From contig CP158636.1 of assembly GCA_050273025.1 (NCBI GenBank), forward strand, positions 11,594,001 through 11,658,000: DNA of 64,000 bases, given 5' to 3'. Source of the DNA: Cenococcum geophilum (Eukaryota). This document shows, piece by piece, positions 38,740 through 48,927 of the stretch. The stretch's first letter is position 1; each line of letters starts with the position of its first letter. The notes below the pieces were generated by a model that searched no databases, was not told the origin of the DNA, and was given only the letters and a program-made list of their open reading frames with translations. A program made the position numbers and the translations under genes.

Positions 38740-38903
38740 AAGGGCCACGGTGACCTCCTAAACTAGAGGCTATATGCTTGCGGGCGGGAGGTCTAGGGAA
38801 TGAGTGCTTTTCTTTCTTTTCAATCCTTGCGCAGTGCGTTGTATGCCAATCTCTATCAAAGCGATCCTAAGTTTTCAGCTTGGGATAGCCAGGTCGTCTA
38901 AAA

Positions 38904-40696
38904 ATGGGTCCTAGCACGACTCATATGGCTGAAGATGATTCCGATGGTCGATTATCTCCCGAACCGCCGGATCCCAGCCGTTATTCTGTCCCTGTTGTGG
39001 GTATCTTGCGACGTGCGACGAATCTCACCACATCCAGCTCTTCTACAGAACCCCTATCTTTGGGCGACGAAAGGAATTACAAAGGCACACGGTCCCCACT
39101 TCCATGGGATATTGCAAGTGCTCAATATATAACACCAAGTCCCAATACAAGTAAAGGAGTTGATGTTCCGGGTTGCTGGCGGCGTCAAACAGTCTTGAGT
39201 TTAGGTACGTTACCCTCGCAAGGGTGAAGGGCAAAAGGGCGGCCTCCCACTAACTTTCATTCGTAGATGGAGGCAATATCCATGCATATTTTGAACTATG
39301 CATTCTTGAACGAATATTTCGAGAAATAGCAAGAGTGGAACGTAGTTATGATGGTGCAAAGTCCAGCAAATCCTCTCCATTGTTCGGTACTCCGGATGGA
39401 TATGATGAGCAAGAGTTCTCTAAGGATGACCCCGCTACTATCACAGACAACTATCTGCCATGCCATTATTTCGACTACGTGGGGGGCACAAGTATGGGAG
39501 GGTATAGCACCCATCCTTTTTGTAATGCTTCCTTTCTTATGGCTGTTGCTTGACTAACGACTCTTGCTTAACAGAGTTGTCGCCGTAATGCTTGGTCGTT
39601 TACGTTTACCTATCAACAAGGCTATACGTAACTTTGAAGAAATGTGGACATCTATATCCAGCGAAGGACATGAGTTTCATCCGTTATTATCGAGACGCAA
39701 AATTCGCGCAAGATACTCAGAAGGTCTGCGCAAAGCATTAGACGGGATTGTACCCAAGCCCCATAAAAACATCGAGGGGGTCACAATTGCTGAACCATTC
39801 CGCTCGGACTCGAGTCTATGCAAGACGTCAGTTCTCTTCGATATATTTGGTATTGCTCTAATTTAAGCAGATTGGTCCTTGCCGTTCAAATCGACCGCGC
39901 ACGAGGAGTGCGACGCCCCTATCTATTCCGCTCTTATGTCTTTAACGAGGATAAGCCCACAGCTATGAACCGTAACAAGAGCAATAAGACGCAGGACACG
40001 CCGCTGAAAGATGTCTGTCTCGCCACGTCTGCTGCGCCAGGTTTCTTTGAAAGCGTGAAAATCGACGACAAAAAATTCCGCGACGGTTCCATCTGGATGA
40101 CCAACCCAGCCATGGAGCTCTATCGCGAAGTCTACTCAATGCACCCAGATCAAGAGTCGCCGATACACTGTCTGGTAAGTATTGGTTGCGGCAAGCAAAA
40201 GCGTTCTCGGATCCTCCCATCAATAAACATGCCGGCGACTTCCTTGTACAAATGGGAGCAGCAGCAAGTACACGATGTGCTGAAGTTGCGGAAGGAAGAA
40301 GGCGAAATTATCGAGTATATACGTTTTGCTGGTCCTGATCTGGCAGATATAAAACTGAGTGATTGGAAACTGGAAGGACACAGGCGCAAGACCTTCAATC
40401 GCATCAAAACCGCTGCGGAAAGATATTGCGATACTGAGGCAAAGCAGATCGAGAAAATAGCAGTGCAGCTCGTCAAGTACCGGCGGCAGAGAGCACGGAC
40501 AGCGCATTGGGAACGTTTTGCCCTTGGTGTTCGATACTCCTGCAATTGGTGCGAAGACTCCACGGAGTTAGTCGATCGGGACCATGTGATTGATCATGTT
40601 AAAATCAAACACAAGGATCACGAGGTAACAGGTTCACGTTTCTTCAATGAATACCGGAAGGTATTAGAGGAGTTTAGGGTTCCAACATCTTTATAA
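38904..40696 (+). CDS. Patatin-like phospholipase with C-terminal C2H2-type zinc finger, about 537 aa
   Basis: Exons 38904-39204, 39267-39501, 39575-39826, 39871-40696 join in frame. VLSLDGGNIHA (degenerate DGGGxRG), PCHYFDYVGGTSMGG (GxSxG), AVMLGRLR, ATSAAPGFF, FRDGSIWMTNP (catalytic Asp), LVSIGCG, then WERF..CNWC..HVKIKH. Confidence 0.88.
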
Positions 40697-41138
40697 CACG
40701 GAGCATGTGGCGCGTCTTGTATAACAGTTTATAGAGGAATGGCGTTTTTGATACCCAGATGTCTTTTGGTTCGTGCTTTTCGCCTCCGTGGCAATAATCG
40801 TCCCCGTTTTCCTAGTGTGCCGTGCGTAGATAGTCAAATAATTTCTTGAGTGATGAATCCCGTCTTTACTTAAGATATGAAAGTTGCTAGATTCAAGAGT
40901 AATTCTTGGGAATGTTATGATAGCACCGCAATAGCACAGAAGCAATCTTCGAGATGCTATATGATCTGGCACGCAAAGGTCCCAAAACGCACATTGAAAT
41001 TTACTAAATGTACAAGGAAAGTAGGGGTAAGATGTTGAACTAGTATATCATAGAAGGAGACTGCTCATAAAAATTATGCACACCGGTTACATCTATAAAG
41101 TATCAAATGATATCAAGCCAGATATTTACCGAAATATA

Positions 41139-43610
41139 TCACTCAACCGGTGGTGTTTCCTTCAGAAGCATATTTGATGGATAGCTACCCTTCAAAAACA
41201 TCACGCGGATCATCCCAAAACAACGTTTCAAGTTGACTTTAAATCTCAACGATTTCCACAAGTTGACGTCGCCTGTCAAGGTGCGGTATTTCCATCCATC
41301 TCCGTGTGGTAGGAACATCAATATTCCTTCCTTGTCTATATTTCGTGATTACGGTGAGCGCATTTCAACGAAGAGGAGCTTGTTGATGCTTACAGTTGAT
41401 ATCGTGCTTTTTCATCACTGCGTATTCATCGGTATCAGGGTTGTACACGATGACGTGTTTTCCCGGTATATCCTCTATTTTCGGAATAATTCTTATTTCT
41501 GTATCCTTCCTTTGAGCAAAGTAGATTCGAATATCGGATAGCCCCTGATTGACACTGGGCTTCCTGGGTGGAACTGTTAAATTTGGATCCAAGTCTGGTG
41601 CACTCGAGGGAGGCTTAGGTGCTGTAAAGGTATGTGTAGTACGAGGACTTTCTTGGAAGTCAAGTCGAGAGATGCGGTTGGAATCTCTTGTAGCGGTGCT
41701 AGCTTCGGAGAAATCCCTGGACATGGGGATTGATTCGGGAATTGTCGCTGAAGAAGCCCGAGGATTGGAGGTGGGCATTTGTGTAGGAGGTTTATCACTA
41801 ACCACAGCATCGTGGGCACTCGACCCGGCGAATTGATTTGAAACTGATGGCAGCGGAGCGTTATTTGCAGAATGGGGCTGTGTTTGAGAGACCAGTGTTT
41901 TCTGCTCGCGTAACACGTCGATGCCCTTTCCGGAGATGTCTGTCCCAGTTCTACGAGGAGAGGACGACGCTGTATCCGAGCCAATGCGGTTTTTTGCTAG
42001 AAAGATATCACCGTTGGGCGGTTCTGTCTCTGGAACCGTCTCTAGCTGACTGGATGTCAATGAATTTACTGGGGCTGGTTTAGTGGTCCTCTCCTGGGTC
42101 GTGATTCCTAGCCGTGAGCCTTGAACCTGGGCCTCTGTTTGCTCTAGCATGGAACTGAATTCCGATCTTGAGGTTGGTTCCTGCTGACACTACTTAGCAA
42201 TCCCCTGAAAAAAAGATAGCGTGGTGATTACACGTACTACTGGGTGACAATTCGCACATTTTTCTCTAAGTTGCTCGAATTCCTCTATAACCTGACGAAG
42301 CCCAGGCCTTTCTGCTGGGTTTTCGGACATCATCTTAAGGATCATATTAAGGCTTTTCTCATCTAGAGCTTTGCACTGGTTAACAGGCGCGACGGCACCC
42401 TTGGTGCCATTTTTCACTATGGCTCTAAGTTTTTCAACCCAACTATTCACTTCCGCAGACTGTTTGCAGTATACGACGCGTATATTATCTGGTGTTTGAA
42501 TATTATCCGGTTCTTTGCCACTGACATGCGCATATAGATTCATGAAGCTCTCGCCAAGTATGACGGTCACCATTTCCAGGAACACGCATCCCAAAGAAAA
42601 AGTGTCAGAATCTAAGTCACGATTGGTACCACTGAATGTTTCTTTGGAAGCATATTCCACGGTACACTAAGCTCGTTAGCGTTCTTGGACTGGCAAATGT
42701 GGAGGCGATATTTGTGGCTAACCATAGTGTTGCCTGAAGTGACTGCAGCCTCTCTGGACCGATATTCCTTTGAGATATCAAAGTCGGTCAGGATGACAGT
42801 ATCAAAGGCGTCAATAAGTATATTTTCTGGCTTGATATCTCGGTGCTTGATAGGGTATTTTCGATCATGTAGATACAGTAAGGCCTGACAAAGGCATGCA
42901 AAGTACCCTTTGAGTCGAGAAACATATTTGTGGGGAGTAATAGTGCCGTCTTGTTGTTCTTGGTTGTGCTTAGAGATGGTCTTCATGTACGTCCAAAGGT
43001 TGTACTTGGCCAGAGGAAATAGTAGAATGCCAAGTGTATCTTCTAATGTAAAACATCCCACGAAAGCGATGATGTGGTTGTGGCGGAGATTCTTCAAAGT
43101 CTTGACTTCCTCGTCTGCTCTGTCCCGAGCTTCGTCTGAATCGAATGAAACAACCTTAACAGCCAAATATTCTTCTACACCTTCTTGATTTATACAGGCT
43201 GCGGCTTGAACGATAGCCTTCGCCTCACCACGTTTCGTAACCGTATCTCGCCATATTAGAGGGAAGCCGTCGCTCTTTGGAAATCTGATTTTCTCCTCTG
43301 CTTTTATTTCTTTCTTTTCGCCCTTAGCCCAGAAAAGTGTGGGACGGATTTTATGAAAATCTGATAGGGACATAGTAGACGTGACACAGTTTGCGTTTTC
43401 GGAATCCTGTCGACCAGGAATCTGTTCCGGGACATCTGACCGTCCAGATACGTCTGCTTTACGGAACCTGGGTTCCGGTGTCCTGACCGCTGTCGCGGTC
43501 ACCCTTCCAGCTCCCTTAAGATTGTGGTCTGTAGGATATAGGTACTGAGGCTGTGCATTGAATGAAGTCGGACTGAGAGATCGCGGGATGCTGCTGGGTT
43601 GATGAGCCAT
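41139..43610 (-). CDS. Ser/Thr protein kinase with low-complexity linker and short unknown C-terminal domain, about 767 aa
   Basis: Exons 43610-42723, 42666-42238, 42183-41394, 41335-41139 join in frame. LAVK, alphaC Glu (ADEEV), LRHNHII, HRDIKPENIL, DFD, CTVEYASKE, SDTFSLGCVFLEM, M...P..RP. Confidence 0.88.
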
Positions 43611-44666
43611 TTTCCAGAACTTTATCTGAAGATATGCTATTGGAGCTGTGGTGGACAATTCCTATCCTTATTGTAGTTCCTGCGACGTAATTCACGAAAT
43701 CAAGCAGCATCGTTGCCGACTCGGAGGTGTATTGACTGCAGGTATTTTGAGGGCGCGAGTGCCAGATATGTAGCTTGTAGGCCTGCGAAGAATAGAGTTA
43801 GCAAAAGTTATTAATCTGGCTGCGTTATGGTTGAGAGAAAAGGTTGTAGAATCACCTGAATTAGCGCTGCTGGCTTAGAAAAAAGGTTAGCTGGGACGCA
43901 TGGATAGTTGATGTATACCTTGCCATCCCTGCACGTCCTTCATTTATCATTTATTCGCTAGCACACTGCATTTCCGTCATCGATCGTTGCTAGGGCTGTC
44001 CGAGTCGCCGTAATGTAGATTGATGCGATGGATAGCGCTCACAAATCTCCACCCTAGCCGTCTGCGTATACATAACCAGAAGGCTGCGGCATTGCCTCTT
44101 CCACACCTCCCCAGGCCAATGCAAAAAGAAACATGGCAGAGCCTCAGCTAGGCGAACTAGAGGCTCTGGCTGAACATCCAAGTTTAATTCGGGCGGGTAT
44201 TCGTCTGTTTCCGGGGGAAATGCAGGCAGGAGTGTCACGCGAACGCTGTGTGAACAAGGGTAGAATCCCATGCAGACATGTGCGGGAGAACGTGCCAATA
44301 AAAGCTTTCCAGATTGGGATCGGCACGGCACGAAGCGAATTTTACGCTGCAAAGGCTGGGTTTGCCAAGGCCGATTCGATGTTTGGAGTCTGTAAGCGTG
44401 CCCTGTTAGGTAAAATACGTTTATTTCAATACATGTTTACCTTTCAGCCTTGTTGCTGATGAAAAACCGCTGTGAAGGCAGTATTGAGTACTCGCACAGC
44501 CCCCAAAACGTACACAAGGTGTGTGACTGTTCAAGACGCTGCGGCATTTCTGAAATCTCAGCTGCCTCCTTCCTAGCCACCTCTACTTTTCTTAGTCAAT
44601 TCTCGTCAAACGTTGGAACCGTGTATTAGGATTTCCAACACCAGGCAGTGATTGTTAACGAATAAA
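43611..44666. promoter_or_regulatory. Divergent (shared) promoter region between the kinase and HeLo-pseudokinase genes
   Basis: Head-to-head ATGs at 43610 (-) and 44667 (+), about 1.06 kb apart. Confidence 0.55.
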
Positions 44667-46802
44667 ATGACGGACCCCATATCCATAACGTCGTTGGCCA
44701 TAGGTGGTTTGTCTTTGGCGGTTCAGGTTTTCGAAGGCATACAGAAAGGTACGAAACTGCTCGATAGACTCCAATCACAAATATAAGTTCATGACTGGAA
44801 AATAGGATATGGGTATTTCAACTCTGCTGCTCATATGGACGAAGAGTGTGAGGTCCTAAAAATCCGGTTAGGCGTAGAGTACAGTTTGCTCCTAGAATGG
44901 GGGGATGCTGTGGGCCTCACTGATGAGAAGAGACACCCCGAGTACGAAAAGAAAATGAAAGTAAACCAAGGTCTCATATTTGCTATACTTGGAGAAATTC
45001 AATCACGTTTGAAAAGACTCCGCAAATTGAGCCTTGAGGATTTCAATGGGCCAGAAAATAGCCTAAAAGGCACTGTAGAACCGGACAATAGCATAAAGAG
45101 AGTCGCGGACATCACCCTTGGACACCTAGACTCAAATGAAAATGTCCAGAGCTCGCTGAAGCCTGAAACTGCAGAGTCTTGGGGATTATCTCAACGAGGA
45201 CTTTCTAGAGAATCAATCAAACACGTAAACTTCGAGACATACGCGGAGATCTTCAAATCCCCTACAATTCCTCAAGGCAAACAAAGACACCATAAAGTTC
45301 TGAATACGCTGGTGGCTTTTGGAAAGGGCGCGAGGGACATTGTAAAGCAACCGAAACGGATGAAATGGGCTTTGAAAGATAGAAAATCAACTGAAGAGAA
45401 CATTCAGCGCATATCGCAGCTCACTGCATATCTTCGCGAGACGTTGGGGAGCACTCAAATGCAGATACTGCTAGACACAGCACAAGACACATGGATGCAG
45501 GTGTTGCAACTGACCACAACGGTCAAGGAGATGGAACATTTGCTTACTGCTATGCAAAAAGCGAAAGACCATTCTACAATCCAGGGCTCTATGAGCTTTA
45601 CGTCCGGAGGTACCACGCTTGTCAACTCTTTACATAATGGAAATATCAGCGACCGAGATACAGGACGATACAGTTCTCTATATGAGCAACTCATAAAGTT
45701 CAGCATCATTGTTGCGAAGTCGCAAGAATCGTCCGAACGCACGTATGGAGTTAGTAAAGAACTGAATGATGAAGATTTTAAAGCACTCAGGCAAAGAGGT
45801 GTTAGTGACCGAGGTACAAGGACTCTTGCCACATATCGAGATAAGAAAGTATGGATTGAGTGGAAGAAATACACATCTGTGGTTATTGACCGTGGGCAAG
45901 GTATGACTACTTCAGGTCCAGATCCGGAAGTCGTGAAGAGTGTAGAGCGTCTTGCCGCGCTTCTCCAGACCAAATCTCGACCGGTCGAATTTTGTGCACC
46001 TACTTGCCTCGGGTATTTCCTGGTTAAAGGCAAAGACTCGCGGTTCGGACTCCTCTACGAAGCAGGTAACAGCGGTGAGACTATTCACGACCCTCAATCA
46101 TTGTTTCAGCGGTTCGGAGAGAGACCGGCATTCTTACGAGACCGTTTGCGACTTGGGCAAGACCTTGCCACGAGCCTCATGTATCTCCATGCCGTAAACT
46201 GGCTCCATAAGGGATTTCGAAGCGCTAGTGTACTTTTGTTCCCAGAGAAGGCAGCTGGCGAATACGGAAAACTGATTCTCAGTGGCCTCGAATACGCAAG
46301 ACCAGATGAGGTGGGCCGCACGTCGACCGGGCCGCCAGAAGATCGAGAATGGGGGGTGTATTGTCACCCCGGGTATCTCGGAGATCGCCGTGAGTGTGGA
46401 TTCCGCAAGACGTACGATATATACAGCCTAGGAATTGTTTTAATCGAGATTGCGTATTGGAAAGCCGCAGAGGATATTTTGAATTTCAAAGAGACGAAGG
46501 GTCACGAGCAACAAGATCTGTCAAAAGCTGACGGTCAGCAAGCCAAGCATTTCGATAAGGCCTCTAAGTCAGATTTGGAAAATATTCGCAAGCGTTTACT
46601 CACTGATAATCCAGAAATCCTTGAGCACGTTCGAGTTACCATGGGAGAACGTTACCACTCAGCAGTTCGAGCTTGTATTGTGGGCATGGAAGCTTTCGGG
46701 CTTCCTGAAGAAGTCGACCAAAGTGACCCTGCCATTGCTGCTCTTCTTCAGCAGGCATTCGCGTCCGTCGTTGTCGATGTTCTGAAGAGTATTGTAGTGT
46801 AA
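44667..46802 (+). CDS. HeLo (prion-inhibition and propagation) domain + C-terminal pseudokinase, 692 aa
   Basis: Exons 44667-44748 and 44806-46802; exon 1 is missed by the ORF track. N-terminus MTDPISITSLAIGGLSLAVQVFEGIQKGY..L..RLGVEYSLLLEWGDAVGL and ..KRMKWALKD..I.QL..YL are HeLo-like. Kinase fold with VWIEWK, CLGY, LMYLHAVNWLHKGFRSASVL, LSGLEYAR, YCHP.Y, YDIYSLGIVLIEIAYW. Confidence 0.88.
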
Positions 46803-47064
46803 GGTAATTTGAAATCGTCCTTGGCGCAAATACGCCAAGATATCGGAGATTCCTCGGCGTCTGTGTTCGGAAGGCGAAGTTTATTAAGATGCGCAGTTAG
46901 GTGTATTTCTGTCATTCCTATTGTAGTTGGTGTGTGCACTTGTTCCAAGATGCTTTCATGGACGCTATTTGTTTTTGCTTTGCATAATTCTATTGCTAGA
47001 TGTATGCTATTTCTATCATTCTTAACTACTACCTGCAGCTGCTTCATAGAGTCCTGAGGTCACA

Positions 47065-47941
47065 TTACTTCTTCTTCATCTCTGCTATCCATAACCGCAC
47101 TGATTTGGCACTGTCATGTGCGGCACGAAACACTACTCAGTAGGATTGGTTTCAGCCTGTGAATTGAAAATCGCAAATGGAATGCGAGCTGTAAGGCCAA
47201 AAGGGTATCGAATTGACGAAGAATTTCAACTTACATTGCCTTTCGCTCTCATCGAGACCACGTAAAAATTCGGCACCCTCTCCTAGTGCGCCCCGTGGAT
47301 TATGTGCTTGGTCAGCTATTACTGCAGCGCGTATTTTGAACGCCTGAGATTTATCAACTTCTATTTCTATGGTGCAGAAAGAAGGTTCGCTCTATATATA
47401 AGATGTGCGCACCTCACTTAATACTTCAACCATTTCCTCATCTTCATATAATTCAAGTGTGCGTGCTCCTAGATTATAGAAATGAGGGGCAAGCGCTCGA
47501 AGGTCAACGGTACGTGAATCGGCTTTTAGTGCGTTTAGAACGCGTGGAGAAAGTGCCGAGGGCAAATCGAGGGTTACAAGCGATGAGGTACTAAGATTTT
47601 GGCTGGGAGGGTCGTCAGGTGTTGGTGTTGATGGTTGCATACAGTTAGAATTTACCTAATGGCCAACATTTCTCCTAGCCACAGGGGCAATTCTACCTTT
47701 GAGCCTTGTTTCATCTACTAGAATTTAGGACCTGTCAAGGGGTAGGAATTAAGATTGGAGCGAGAGGGCCTCACGTCTCCGCCGATGTTCCCGTCAACAT
47801 ACCCCAAACCGGGGACGGTGAGCTCAAAAGTACATGGTACTTTCTAAGTGGTGTTGTGAGATATTGAATTATGAAAAACTGAGGAAAACAATGTACCTGC
47901 GCGTCCGTGAGAATCGCGTCGATGTCGTAGTAAGATCCCAT
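47065..47941 (-). CDS. PSF3: GINS complex subunit Psf3, 179 aa
   Basis: Six exons: 47941-47897, 47843-47775, 47714-47656, 47602-47413, 47343-47235, 47132-47065. MGSYYDIDAILTDAQKVPCTF..GLGY..GSKVELPLWL..NALKAD..VDL..HFY..FLRGLDESERQLF. Confidence 0.95.
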
Positions 47942-48927
47942 GTTGATACTGTCTCAATAATGTCAGTACATTGTCAATAGTTTTTTTCTGCTCTCATAAA
48001 CCGTGTTTCAAGTTCGAAGAGCAGCATGTGACACGTATGAGTGCAGAAAGCAGACCGGAATGGCTTTCTCAGAGAGGCTTGGTTGAGTACGAGTTGTGCT
48101 ACCCGCAGCCTGAGAAAACTCTGACGTGCAGAACACGTTTGAAAGAAAAAGGCGATTCTAAGAAAAGGAATTCGAATCAAGCGGAAGAGAAAGGCATTCA
48201 CAGTGAACTTGTGATTGGACGCATTTGTCATAGTGGTTATGGACCTACATTTTCGCCCTCCGACGAATTGCGTGGTCGTGATTGCCTGGGAGTCGCGGTC
48301 AAGGGAAGGAGGCCTTATAATGCCATGCTCACCCAGAGACACTCAACGTCAGTTGTTTTGAGCAGAAGAACGACGGCCCTTGGCAAATACACTCGTCTGA
48401 AGAAGCAAAGGTGGGTCCTAGGTTACTTCTGGAGTTGTTGGCTTCGACGGATAAAAGAGGAGTGTTGTTCAAACACCTTGGCTGACAATTCTCGCCTACT
48501 GCAGCACGACGCCGTCCCCGACGAACGGCTTCAATAGGTCATAGCTCCTCTCCAATCCCCTGGTCATCAAGCTGGTGCCGCAACGGAGACGACGGCTACT
48601 TACATGCAGAGGAGACTAGTGTTCTCTCACACTGCTGATGCGCTGTATCGAAGATCGAGTACAGAGACAACGCCACGCAAGGCTCTGCCGCTCCAGTATG
48701 TTGTACACTGCCGAGAGCGAGCTTCCCAAATTATCGACCTTGTGTCGTGTGAATCTCTACCTGTTCCGTTCCTCTCACCAAATGGTTTATGCTAACGTTT
48801 CTTGTCCCCTAGTCTGTTCTTGTTGCATCCAGAAACTCATATCCTTTGATGAACAACTTCACCAATATTACAACTTCTACGACATTAACCTTATCTTCCC
48901 CTCTCTCGAGTCCCGAGGCCTTCAAAC

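Noticed and set aside
38495..38754. Group I intron, RNase P/MRP or SRP RNA identity for the structured segment
   Set aside because: The conserved core sequences of these families were not found in the right order.
45570..45650. G/S/N-rich linker STIQGSMSFTSGGTTLVNSLHNGNIS as an amyloid (HRAM/RHIM/PP) motif
   Set aside because: No twofold pseudo-repeat or recognisable consensus, and no matching motif in the neighbouring genes.
47971..48537. 188-aa ORF between PSF3 and BLM10
   Set aside because: TTG start, no recognisable motifs, and it lies in the divergent promoter/UTR region; probably spurious.
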